NCBI GenBank assembly: GCA_038883715.1
Contig: JAVZLS010000003.1
Span: forward strand, 61,160-125,159
Source: Candidatus Bathyarchaeia archaeon
GTDB taxonomy: Archaea > Thermoproteota > Bathyarchaeia > Bathyarchaeales > Bathycorpusculaceae
DNA: 64,000 nucleotides
Direction: 5' to 3'
The notes under the pieces were generated by a model that saw only the letters and a list, made by a program, of their open reading frames with translations, had not been told where the DNA came from and did not search any database. Shown here piece after piece: positions 50,300-59,833 of the stretch. The position numbers were made by a program, and so were the translations under genes. The number at the start of each line of letters is the position of its first letter. Position 1 is the first letter of the stretch.

Positions 50300-50568
50300 G
50301 TGATGCCTCCTGTGACTCTTCCGTAACATATCGTGACTTGTACCACGTTACATCACACATCACAGTTTTAGTATAAAATCATTTAAAGATTACGGTTGCT
50401 GTGGAAATATATGATATCACAAGTCACAAGCGGATAGCGTAACATTATCCTTGTCCGTAAAAGGAAAACCTCGTTTCTGGCTTTTTCTACTATTTAGCCC
50501 CTATTTTATGTCCCTTTTATATGCAACAGAAGGTTCCATTATTTTTAACTGTGACTTGTGACGTCACA
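50299..50568. repeat. Array of 14 YGTRAY/RTYACR hexamers including 7-bp-phased pairs
   Basis: Copies at 50299, 50311, 50322, 50332, 50347, 50352, 50359, 50389, 50416, 50423, 50438, 50550, 50557 and 50563. Confidence 0.75.
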
Positions 50569-51040
50569 TAAATCCTTCAGATGGATTCGAGAGCGTTTTT
50601 AAGCTGTTTTCGAGCTCTTCCCTTAGCATTTTAAGGAATTTTATTTGTTCTTCTGGTTGTTCAGTTTTGTTTGGCAGACTTTTGTGGGCGTCAATATATT
50701 CCTGCAGTTTGTTTGCGATTTCAATATATTGGTCAAGTGTTGTGCTTTCAAAAATTCCTAAATATCCTAAAAGCAGCACTGTGTAAACTGCTTTTACGAC
50801 GTTTTTTTGCGCTTGCTTTAAAGTTCTGTTAAAGGCTCCGCGGCTTATTTTTGCCTTTGTTAGGCGTAATTTGGCTTTTTCATCGTATTTTAGTGGTTTT
50901 CCCGCAATATTTTCGACTAAAATGTCTATAAGCAGCGTTTCTAGTTGTGTTTTTGTTAAGTGGCTGTTTTTTGTGAGTATTTTGACTATGGGGTCTTCTA
51001 AAGACTTTTTCAGCCATAACTGAACGCTGTTTTTTAACAT
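50564..51040 (-). CDS. Conserved-looking hypothetical protein with HTH-like segment
   Basis: SHLTKTQLETL...YDEKAKLR...ISRGAFNRTLKQAQKNV...YTVLLLGYLG. ATG 51040 is preferred because the longer ORF overlaps the divergent gene. Confidence 0.75.
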   Translation of the reverse strand: MLKNSVQLWLKKSLEDPIVKILTKNSHLTKTQLETLLIDILVENIAGKPLKYDEKAKLRLTKAKISRGAFNRTLKQAQKNVVKAVYTVLLLGYLGIFESTTLDQYIEIANKLQEYIDAHKSLPNKTEQPEEQIKFLKMLREELENSLKTLSNPSEGFM

Positions 51041-51185
51041 TCCAGCTTTGCCCCTATTGGTTATGCTTGTTGAATACATTTTTGTATACAGACCTTTTAA
51101 AGAGTTCTGTTTAACATTTAAAAAGCGTGCTTTCAAGACGCAACCATTATATGTTGAAGCGTATAGCACGTAGTGAGGAGAGCGT

Positions 51186-52366
51186 TTGGCATTGCAATTT
51201 AAGGCTTTTGAACGCCTAAAAAACATAAAGCCCTCTGGAATTCGCCGATTTTTCACTTTGGCCCAAGAATTTCCCGACATTATCAATTTAAGTGTTGGAG
51301 AGCCGGATTTTACACCGCCGATGCATGTTTTGGAGGGAGGATGGAAGGCAGTATTAGAGGGCAAAACCCATTATGCTCCAACTAATGGCATTCCAGAGCT
51401 TCGAGAGGCTCTAGCTGAAAAGGCCCGTAAAGAGTACGGTCTTAAGTATGACCCAAACTCTGAGGTTTTGGTCACTGTTGGCGGTACAGAAGCTATTTCC
51501 CTTGCTTTAATGGCTCTGGTCAATCCAGGCGACGAAGTATTAATCCCTAATCCTGGATTTGTTTGCTAGAGCCTAGTGTTAGATTGGCAGGTGGAATTCC
51601 TGTTTCAATTCCAATTTTGGAGGAAAAGGGGTTTAAGCCCTCCGTTGATGATGTGACGTCACTTATCACGGAGAAATCACGTGTGATGATTTTGAACTCT
51701 CCAAATAACCCAACAGGGGCTGTTCTTTCATATGATGAACTTAAAGCATTAGCCAAAATAGCTGTTGAGCGTGATTTGATTGTGATTTCGGATGAGGTTT
51801 ACGAGAAAATAATCTATGATGGAGAAAAACACTGTTGCCTAGCGACGTTTCCGGGGATGAAGAAGCGCACTTTAGTTGTAAACTCTTTTTCTAAAACTTA
51901 TGCTATGACGGGCTTAAGAGTTGGTTATGTTTATGGCCCTAAAGAGCTTATTGCTCACCTATGGCTTTGCCACCAATATTTTACTGCTTGTGTTGATACC
52001 TTTGCACAATATGCGGCGTTAGCCGCTTTGAAAGGGCCACAAGACTTTGTTAAAGAGATGGTGGCTGAGTTTGATAAGCGAAGGCGCTTCGTCTTTAAGA
52101 GGCTGAATGAGATTGGAGGATTTAGATGTAACCTCCCGAGAGGCGCCTTCTACATGTTTCCAAGCATAAAAGCCTTTAACATGTCTTCGGAGGATTTCGC
52201 CCAACTTCTGCTTAGAGAAGCACGTGTTGCCACTGTGCCGGGTTCTGCTTTTGGTTCTTATGGTGAGGGTTACATCCGGATTTCCTACGCCGCAGCCTAT
52301 GAGCAACTGGAAGAGGCTTTTAACCGTATGGAGAAGGCTGTTAAAAAGCTTAAGGGCTCTTGTTAG
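51186..52366 (+). pseudogene. Class I PLP aminotransferase (AspAT-like) split by a 1-nt deletion at about 51568
   Basis: GEPDF, THYAPTNGIPELR / NSPNNPTG, SDEVY, SFSKTYAMTGLRVG. The junction TGC TA GAG CCT should read C-Y-E-P. Confidence 0.85.
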
Positions 52367-53196
52367 AGCTTTTCTGCTTTCTCCTTTAGTTTGTCGAAAA
52401 GTTCCGGGCGCAAATCTTTCAATGTTGGGACAAAGGCTTCAATGGGCTTTATGTCGGCATAATTTACTTCGCCCACCACGAGGTCTTCCTCGTCGTATTT
52501 CGCCTTTGCAATTATTTTCCCGTTTGGGGCTATTAGTCTGCTTCCACCCCAGAACTGCAGTCCATCTTCTATGCCTACAAGGTTTACATAAGCAAGAAAC
52601 ACCGCATTTTCAATAGCCCTAGCAACCGTTAGAGTCTCGAAAAACGATTTGCGAACGGCTGGCGAAGCTGAAATGCAGACAATCATTTGAGCGCCTTCTA
52701 AACGTGTTAGCCGGCAAACTTCTGGGAAAAAGATGTCATAGCATATTATTAGCCCAATTTTTCCAATAGCTGTTTCGAAGGCACTTGCTTGATAGCCTTG
52801 TCTAAAATATCTCTTCTCCTCAAAAACGCTGTGGGTTGGTAGGTGCATCTTCCTATATTTCCTAATGTAACCTTCCGGTCCTACGAGAACTGCAGTATTG
52901 TAAATGGTTGCTTGTGCCTTTTCGCTGAGTTCCGGCACCCCAAACACTATGTAGACTTTATACTTCTTCGCGATTCCTTCGATTGCATCGGTTGATGGCC
53001 CTGGGATTCTTTCTGCCAATTCATAAAGTTCATCCCTTACCGTGTATCCTGTCAGTGAGAGTTCGGGGAAAATAACGAGTTCTGCACCTTGTCGCTTTGC
53101 TTTTGCAGTGAATTCTTCAATTTTCTGTATGTTTGCCTTTTTGTCTCCCCGTTGGCAGCTTATTTGGGCAAGGGCGGCCAAGAATTTTTCTTTCAA
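52363..53196 (-). CDS. Carbon-nitrogen hydrolase (nitrilase family)
   Basis: FPEL, YRKMHLP, ICYD (E-K-C triad). Confidence 0.93.
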   Translation of the reverse strand: MKEKFLAALAQISCQRGDKKANIQKIEEFTAKAKRQGAELVIFPELSLTGYTVRDELYELAERIPGPSTDAIEGIAKKYKVYIVFGVPELSEKAQATIYNTAVLVGPEGYIRKYRKMHLPTHSVFEEKRYFRQGYQASAFETAIGKIGLIICYDIFFPEVCRLTRLEGAQMIVCISASPAVRKSFFETLTVARAIENAVFLAYVNLVGIEDGLQFWGGSRLIAPNGKIIAKAKYDEEDLVVGEVNYADIKPIEAFVPTLKDLRPELFDKLKEKAEKL

Positions 53197-53208
53197 ATTC
53201 TTCCTCCC

Positions 53209-54063
53209 TTACCTTGTGAATGGTATTCTAAAGTCAAATCCGGCAGTCCTATATTGAAGTTTTGTTGTTAGTGGCATTCTTCTCTTATGTTCCATTTTTA
53301 GCCACCGCTCTTTTACCCTTTCCACCAAGTCTTTTTGCAGGCCTAGCTGTTCAGCTATATCCTCTATTTTCATGAAATGCTCAAGTCCGTATAGGATAAG
53401 GTCTAACGTTTCATATTTTATCCCTAATTCTTCCTCTGCCGTTTGCCCGGGCCACAATGTGGGGGATGGCGGTTTCTCCACAATTTCTTTTGGTATGCCC
53501 AAATGTCTTGCAAGCTTTTTCACTTGGGTTTTGTAAAGGTCCATTATTGGAGATATGTCTGCTGCTACATCTCCCCATTTAGTGAAGTAGCCCATCATCG
53601 TCTCCGACTTGTCAGAGCTTCCACACACTATCAGGTTAAGCTTGTTGGCGTAATAATAAATGTAGAGCATACGCATCCGTGCTTTCAAGTTGCCCTTAGA
53701 AAGCTTATCTTCAGCATCAAAAATTGGTAGCGTTTTTTGGAGCGCCTCCAATGCCGGTGTGATATCTATGGCTTCTGTTTTTAGGTCGAACTTTTCTGCC
53801 ACAAGCCTTGCGTGCTCCATGTCTTTTGGGTTGTATGTTTCCTTTTCTGGAAGCATTAGACCCAAAACATTGTTTCCTCCCACGGCTTTAGAAGATAGCG
53901 CTGCCACTGTGCTGCTGTCTATGCCGCCGGAAAGCCCTAAAACTATGCCGTTAGCCTTTGCCTTTTCCACATAATCCTTTATGAAGCGTGTTATCTTCTC
54001 TTCCACTTCTGTCCAGTCCAGCTCCAATACTGATGGTGCCAATTCCAAGGGTTTTACCCTCAA
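53209..54063 (-). CDS. nadE: NAD+ synthetase (ammonia-dependent synthetase domain)
   Basis: LSGGIDS, NLKARMRM, GYFTKWGD, PSPTLWPGQTAEEELG. Confidence 0.95.
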   Translation of the reverse strand: MRVKPLELAPSVLELDWTEVEEKITRFIKDYVEKAKANGIVLGLSGGIDSSTVAALSSKAVGGNNVLGLMLPEKETYNPKDMEHARLVAEKFDLKTEAIDITPALEALQKTLPIFDAEDKLSKGNLKARMRMLYIYYYANKLNLIVCGSSDKSETMMGYFTKWGDVAADISPIMDLYKTQVKKLARHLGIPKEIVEKPPSPTLWPGQTAEEELGIKYETLDLILYGLEHFMKIEDIAEQLGLQKDLVERVKERWLKMEHKRRMPLTTKLQYRTAGFDFRIPFTR

Positions 54064-54149
54064 TGTTTATGGGATTAGGCAAGTATTTAAGGACGAAGAT
54101 GGGATAATGAATAGGTATAGCCTTAGACACGTACGTGAAGGATTGGTGT

Positions 54150-54419
54150 ATGGGGCGTAGAAGGCGGAAGGTTGTCCGAATTCCAAAGAAGCGTTTGCCA
54201 AAATTCTTCTCATGCCCTATTTGTGGAAAGGCCTCGGTTCGTGTTGAAATGTTCAGGGATGAGGGAAGAGCTGTTGTAAGCTGCGGTAATTGCGGTGCAA
54301 AAGAGGAGTTTCCAGTTAAAGGTGCCCTTGGCGAGATAGACGTGTACTGCATGTTCACCGACAAAATCTACGGCGGGGTTAGGCGACTGCCCGCCCCAGA
54401 GGTTAAGGAATCCGCATAG
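54150..54419 (+). CDS. elf1: Transcription elongation factor Elf1
   Basis: MGRRRRK...FSCPICG...CGNCG...IDVY. Confidence 0.9.
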   Translation: MGRRRRKVVRIPKKRLPKFFSCPICGKASVRVEMFRDEGRAVVSCGNCGAKEEFPVKGALGEIDVYCMFTDKIYGGVRRLPAPEVKESA

Positions 54420-54434
54420 AAGGATGGATAGCTC

Positions 54435-55187
54435 TTGATAGGAGCTGTTGAAAAATATCTGCTGGATAAAATCAGTTCAGAGGGGTCGATTCACATAACT
54501 CTGATTGACCCTGAGAAAGTTACGCCTTCTCAAGCCTCAGCAATAGCCAGAAAAGCGCGGGCTAGTGGGACGTCTGCAATAATGATAGGGGGCTCGACTT
54601 TTATCTCGGCTAAACACTTGGATGACGTTGTTAAGACGGTTAAGCGGGCTGTGGATATCCCTATAATCCTATTTCCAAATAATGTCACTAGTATTAGCCG
54701 TTATGCGGACGCCATATGGTTCATGTCTCTCCTAAACTCCCTTGATCCGTACTTTATTGTGGGAGCGCAGGTTTTAGGTGCACCCTTGATCAAGCGGTAT
54801 CGCCTCGAGCCGATTCCAATGGGATACATTATTGTTGGCGAAGGTGGGGCAGCTGGCATTGTGGGGAAGGCTGTTCCCATACCCTATGATAAACCAGAAT
54901 TGGCTGTTGCTCATGCTTTGGCGGGGCAGTATTTGGGCATGCGTTTCATTTACCTTGAAGCGGGTTCAGGTGCCAAAAAACCGGTTCCCAAGGAAATGAT
55001 TCGTGCTGTGAAGAAAAGCATTGATGTTCCTTTAATTGTTGGTGGAGGAATAAGGACAAGGGCGCAGGCACTGGCGGCAGCATCGGCAGGCGCGGACATT
55101 ATTGTTACAGGCAATGTTGTTGAGAATGGTCAGGTTAGGGACAAGGTTTCAGAGATTGTTGAGGGCTTGAAAAGCTGTAAAGCGTGA
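54435..55187 (+). CDS. Geranylgeranylglyceryl phosphate synthase (PcrB family)
   Basis: LIDPEK, MIGGST, YLEAGSGA, VGGGIR. Confidence 0.93.
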   Translation: MIGAVEKYLLDKISSEGSIHITLIDPEKVTPSQASAIARKARASGTSAIMIGGSTFISAKHLDDVVKTVKRAVDIPIILFPNNVTSISRYADAIWFMSLLNSLDPYFIVGAQVLGAPLIKRYRLEPIPMGYIIVGEGGAAGIVGKAVPIPYDKPELAVAHALAGQYLGMRFIYLEAGSGAKKPVPKEMIRAVKKSIDVPLIVGGGIRTRAQALAAASAGADIIVTGNVVENGQVRDKVSEIVEGLKSCKA

Positions 55188-55323
55188 CACTGCTTATAAA
55201 GTTTGCATTTTCTTGTATAAAACTTGATAGCTTTGCCGCTCCAAGGCGATGGCGTCTTTGCCTTTTACTTGTTAGAAAACAGAAATATGCAACTACCAGC
55301 CAAATGAAGTACCGAGTGGTTGA

Positions 55324-58300
55324 TTGGACATTCGGATGAGCAAATCCTACGAAAAATACATCGAGACTTTAGAAAAACAACTCGGGCAATTATACAGCGT
55401 AGCCGCCAAAGCCCGAGAAAAAGGCCTCGACCCCGAATTTAAGCCTGAATGCAAAATTGCAAGGGACATGGCTGACCTTGTTGAGGGGCTTGTCGGTCCC
55501 AAAGGCGTTGCTGAAAGAATACGGGAGTTAAGCTCAAAGCTCTCGAGGGAGGAGCTTGCCTTCAAAATTGCTGAGGAAATTGTTTATGGAAAGTTTGGGC
55601 ATTTGGAGCCTGAAGCTGCCGCTGAGCAAGCCATACGCACGGCCTTGGCTATTCTCACGGAGGGGGTTACCGCCGCCCCCATACAGGGCGTTGCACAAGT
55701 TAAGATTAAAACTAACCATGATAGGTCAAAGTATTTGGCTATCTACTTTGCTGGTCCTATACGTTCTGCTGGTGGCACAGATCAAGCGCTCACATTAGTC
55801 ATAGGTGACTTTATTCGTAGGATTCTTGGGCTAGACCGTTACAAGCCCACAGAAGAGGAAATTGCCCGCTTCATTGAGGAGGTTAGGCTTTATGAACGAA
55901 GTGTCAGTCGCTTCCAATATCATGTTTCAGATGAAGAGTTACAGAGGGCGCTACGCTGGCTGCCAGTAGAAGTTACCGGCACAGAATCTGACCCTGTGGA
56001 AGTTTCAGCCTACCGTAATTTACCCCGCATTGAAACCAACAGGGTTCGAGGCGGAGCATTGCGTGTGGTTAATGATGGGATTGTTGGTCGAGCCTCGAAA
56101 GTTTGGGCTATTGTGGAGAAATTGGGCATCCAAGGCTGGGATTGGCTTAAGGAAATCCGTAAAATGTCTGAAAAGAAAGCGGCTGGCTTTATGGACGACA
56201 TTGTTGCAGGACGCCCTATATTCTCCTTTTCGGGCAGCCGTGGAGGCTTTCGCCTACGATATGGAAGGGCAAGAAACACAGGATTAACAGCTGTGGGCGT
56301 TCATCCAGCAACGATGCTTGTTCTTCAAGGGTTTATTGCAGCGGGCACTCAGCTTCGCCTTGAGCTTCCAGGGAAAGGCGGAACCGCAGTGCCTGTTGAC
56401 GCTTTGGAGCCACCAATAGTGAAGTTAAGAGACGGGTCAGTTGTGCGCGTCACCTTGGAAAATTTCAGCGATGTTAAAGATAGAATTGAGAAAATCTTGT
56501 TTTTGGGTGACATCCTCATAAGTTTCGGCGATTTCCTTTACCAAGGGAAAAGCCTTGTTCCTGCCGGATATGTTGAAGAGTGGTGGGCTGAAGACTTAAA
56601 AAAAGCCATAGCCGAGAAGTTTGGAGGAGATTTGGAAAAGGCTGCGGCTGCCACCGGGATACTTGTTGAGAGGCTTAAGAGTTTTCTTGGAAACCCGTTT
56701 GTGAATAAGCCGACATGCAAGGAGGCTATAGCTCTTTCACTAAATGTTACAGTTCCGCTTCATCCAGCCTATGCCTTCTTCTGGTCCAGTTTAGGTTCTG
56801 TTGAGGAGCTTAAGCTTCTTAGGGACTGGGCGCTTACGGCTAGTGTGGAGTGTGATGAGGGCTTCGCTCACCGTATAGTTGGTAAGATGGATGAAAGTGT
56901 TAAGAAGGCTCTGGAAGCGATATGCTTGCCCCATAAAGTTGTTGGGGGCAATATAGTTGTTGAAGGGGATGATGCGTGTGCCTTCACCTTCTGCCTTGGC
57001 ATTGGTAAGTCTGATGTTAATTTTCGACAAGTGGGAGATGTTTTGAAGGCTATTGAGGAACTTTGCGGTGTGGTTGTTAGGGATAAGGCTTCAACTTTTA
57101 TTGGTGCAAGGATGGGGCGCCCTGAGAAGGCTAAGAGGCGGGAGATGAAACCTCTTGTGCATGTTTTGTTTCCGGTGGGTTTGGCTGGTGGTTCTCAAAG
57201 AGATGTTTTGGAGGCTGCCAAACGTGGAAACGTTTACGTGGAAGTTGTCAAGCGCAAGTGTCCTTCATGTAAGACAGTTACCTTTGGGAGAAAGTGCCCC
57301 GCGTGTGGTTCTGAAACGATTTTGGAGTATGTTTGCCCAAGATGTGGAAGAACCCTCAATGGGGGCGGCGAATGTCCGGTTTGTAAAGTTTCTGCAGTTC
57401 CCTATCAGCGGCAATACGTTAACATAAGCGAGCTGCTGGACCAAGCGTGCAGCCATCTGGGTGTTTCGTCACTGAAGATTTTGAAGGGTGTTAAGGGCTT
57501 AACCAACGAGACCAAGACTCCAGAAATTCTAGAGAAGGGTGTTTTGCGGGCAAAGTATGACTTATCCGTTTACAAGGATGGCACTATTCGCTTTGATGCA
57601 ACAAACGCTCCGTTAACACATTTCAAACCGTCGGAGATAGGGGTTTCCGTTGAGAAACTTGTTAAGCTTGATTACACAACCGATGCTTATGGCAATCCCC
57701 TAACAAGTCCGGAGCAGATATGCGAGCTGAAAATACAAGATGTCATTATCCCAATTAAGTGTGCAGAATATTTTGTTCGTGTGGCAAACTTTGTTGACGA
57801 ACTTCTCGTGAAAGTTTATGGACTGCCAGCCTACTACAATGTTAGGAACATTGAAGACCTTATCGGTCACTTGGTTATTGGTTTGGCTCCTCACACATCT
57901 GTTGGCATTCTTGGACGGATAATTGGTTTTACAAGCCTAAATGTTTGTTATGCCCATCCAATTTGGCATTCTGCCAAACGGAGGGACTGCGACGGCGACG
58001 AGGATGCGCTAATGCTTGCACTAGACACATTGCTAAACTTTTCAAGGGTTTTCTTGCCAGCGCAAATAGGCGGAATAATGGATGCTCCTCTGCTGCTGAT
58101 ATCTGTTGTTAACCCAAAAGAGGTGCAAAGGCAAGCCCACGACTTTGATGTGGCTGAAGCCTATCCATTAGAGTTTTACCAGAAAACTTTGGAAAAAGCT
58201 GAAGCCAAACATGTTAGCCCACTAGTAGACCTCATCGAATATCGCCTTGGCACAGAAGCACAGTTTGAAGGCTACCACTTTACAGTTCCCGTTTCAAACA

Positions 58301-58740
58301 TTAATATGGGAAATGAGGAAAGCTCCTACAAACGCTTCAAAACCATGGTGGAAAAGCTTAACGGCCAGCTGGCACTCGCGGAGAAAATTGAGGCTGTGGA
58401 CGCCAAAAAAGTCGCCTTAAAAGTCTTGACAAAACATTTTATCCGCGACATTGCCGGAAACCTTCGGGCCTTTTCAATGCAAGGGTTCCGATGCAAATCT
58501 TGCAATAAGCGTTTTCGACGTTTGCCACTACGGGGTAAATGTCCAACATGTGGTGGAGAGCTAACCTTGACAGTCTATCGAGGTGGCATAGAAAAGTATC
58601 TTGAGGCTGCTGAGCATATAATTAAAAAGTATGATTTGCCACGCTACTATAGTCAACGGATTCTGCTTGTGAGGGAGGAGATTAACTCTTTATTTGAGGG
58701 TAAAAAGCCAAAACAAATTAGCCTAACAAGCTTCGCCTAA
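55324..58740 (+). CDS. polC: DNA polymerase D large subunit DP2
   Basis: AGPIRSAGGT, RMGRPEKA, KRRDCDGDED, GGIMDAP, zinc fingers; no intein. Confidence 0.98.
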   Translation: MDIRMSKSYEKYIETLEKQLGQLYSVAAKAREKGLDPEFKPECKIARDMADLVEGLVGPKGVAERIRELSSKLSREELAFKIAEEIVYGKFGHLEPEAAAEQAIRTALAILTEGVTAAPIQGVAQVKIKTNHDRSKYLAIYFAGPIRSAGGTDQALTLVIGDFIRRILGLDRYKPTEEEIARFIEEVRLYERSVSRFQYHVSDEELQRALRWLPVEVTGTESDPVEVSAYRNLPRIETNRVRGGALRVVNDGIVGRASKVWAIVEKLGIQGWDWLKEIRKMSEKKAAGFMDDIVAGRPIFSFSGSRGGFRLRYGRARNTGLTAVGVHPATMLVLQGFIAAGTQLRLELPGKGGTAVPVDALEPPIVKLRDGSVVRVTLENFSDVKDRIEKILFLGDILISFGDFLYQGKSLVPAGYVEEWWAEDLKKAIAEKFGGDLEKAAAATGILVERLKSFLGNPFVNKPTCKEAIALSLNVTVPLHPAYAFFWSSLGSVEELKLLRDWALTASVECDEGFAHRIVGKMDESVKKALEAICLPHKVVGGNIVVEGDDACAFTFCLGIGKSDVNFRQVGDVLKAIEELCGVVVRDKASTFIGARMGRPEKAKRREMKPLVHVLFPVGLAGGSQRDVLEAAKRGNVYVEVVKRKCPSCKTVTFGRKCPACGSETILEYVCPRCGRTLNGGGECPVCKVSAVPYQRQYVNISELLDQACSHLGVSSLKILKGVKGLTNETKTPEILEKGVLRAKYDLSVYKDGTIRFDATNAPLTHFKPSEIGVSVEKLVKLDYTTDAYGNPLTSPEQICELKIQDVIIPIKCAEYFVRVANFVDELLVKVYGLPAYYNVRNIEDLIGHLVIGLAPHTSVGILGRIIGFTSLNVCYAHPIWHSAKRRDCDGDEDALMLALDTLLNFSRVFLPAQIGGIMDAPLLLISVVNPKEVQRQAHDFDVAEAYPLEFYQKTLEKAEAKHVSPLVDLIEYRLGTEAQFEGYHFTVPVSNINMGNEESSYKRFKTMVEKLNGQLALAEKIEAVDAKKVALKVLTKHFIRDIAGNLRAFSMQGFRCKSCNKRFRRLPLRGKCPTCGGELTLTVYRGGIEKYLEAAEHIIKKYDLPRYYSQRILLVREEINSLFEGKKPKQISLTSFA

Positions 58741-58786
58741 AGTGAAACCTTTTCTACACCCTCATTACAAAAATGTTTTGATGGAC

Positions 58787-59050
58787 ATGCCACGGGAAGG
58801 GTATCACCCCAACGCTTACCTTAAGGACTTTAGAAACGTTAAGCTGGGCTTGAAGGCGCGCACCCTAATACTGAATTTTCTTGAGAGGTCTTCTGCGGAT
58901 GCAAAAACAATTGCTAAAGAGACAGGCTTGCCCTACAACGTGGTCTTGCATCACCTAAAACTTCTAGAATTAAAGGGAATTACAAAAAGGGAAAGCAAGC
59001 GTCCATCTGTTTGGGCTTTAACTGGACTTGGACAGAAACGTTTAGGTTAA
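58787..59050 (+). CDS. Small ArsR-like winged-helix protein
   Basis: AKTIAKETGLPYNVVLHHLKLLELKG...VWALT; start uncertain (58742-58787). Confidence 0.75.
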   Translation: MPREGYHPNAYLKDFRNVKLGLKARTLILNFLERSSADAKTIAKETGLPYNVVLHHLKLLELKGITKRESKRPSVWALTGLGQKRLG

Positions 59051-59060
59051 TGCTGATACC

Positions 59061-59348
59061 CTAAAAAGTGCATTGACAAGGTGAGTGTCTACATTTCGGG
59101 CATTTTCCATCATACTTGCCCAGAGCAGCCTTTTCCAAATCTACGTTTGTTATGTTGGCTAATGATGCGAGCCATGCGATGACGTCTGCAAACTCGTTTT
59201 CCAAGGCTTTTCTATCATCCGCCCTTAGTGCTTCACCTAGTTCCGCCACTTCTTCCACAAGCCATTCAAAGGTCTTTTCTACACCCCGCTGTGAGTCTCT
59301 GTGAAAATACAGAGTTCGCATCATCTTCTGAAACTCGTGTATATGCAT
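59061..59348 (-). CDS. MazG-like nucleotide pyrophosphohydrolase
   Basis: WLVEEVAEL...EFADVIAWLASLAN. Confidence 0.9.
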   Translation of the reverse strand: MHIHEFQKMMRTLYFHRDSQRGVEKTFEWLVEEVAELGEALRADDRKALENEFADVIAWLASLANITNVDLEKAALGKYDGKCPKCRHSPCQCTF

Positions 59349-59384
59349 TCTTTACTGCACCAGCTAATCGGGTTTGTATTGCTT

Positions 59385-59825
59385 TTAGTTTTTAAAGTTA
59401 AGTAAGGCTTTCTGTCCTTTGGCTGTTATGTGGATAACCTTTACGCCTCTTTTCTCAAGATGGGTGGCAATAAAACGCCTGTGACAGTATTTTGGGTTTG
59501 GCTCCATACACATCATGCATGTTCTCTTTTGACTGGCAATTTCAAGGAGCTTTTTTATGCCCTCTCTAAAAAGTTTAGTTCGCATGTGCCTTTTATATCC
59601 GCCCTTTCGATAGCCTCCCAACTCTCTGCCTAGCCAAACGTATTCGATTCCGTTTTCCGGCAGCCACTTTTCCATCTGTTCTCTTTTGAAATGTTCGATT
59701 TTTGATGTTGGGAAATGGCGAATGTCCGCCAATACTTGTATTTCATGCTCCTTTAGCATTTCTAGGAAGGTGCTTATAGAGCGGTTACTGTGCCCAATAG
59801 TCCAGACGATCACTTGTTTTTCCAT
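59385..59825 (-). CDS. DUF488 family protein
   Basis: TIGHSNR, DIRHFP, LGGYR, CME...CHRR. Confidence 0.9.
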   Translation of the reverse strand: MEKQVIVWTIGHSNRSISTFLEMLKEHEIQVLADIRHFPTSKIEHFKREQMEKWLPENGIEYVWLGRELGGYRKGGYKRHMRTKLFREGIKKLLEIASQKRTCMMCMEPNPKYCHRRFIATHLEKRGVKVIHITAKGQKALLNFKN

Positions 59826-59833
59826 TGGTGAGC

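Noticed and set aside
51041-51364. N-terminal 108 aa of the 266-aa ORF
   Set aside because: It is antisense to the aminotransferase and promoter region; the real start is more likely ATG 51040.
51567-51569. TAG in the aminotransferase as pyrrolysine or stop read-through
   Set aside because: The downstream half is in a different frame, so read-through would not restore the protein.
55324-58740. Inteins in DP2 (also checked RtcB and Cdc6)
   Set aside because: Lengths and motifs are contiguous, with no insertion at the usual sites.
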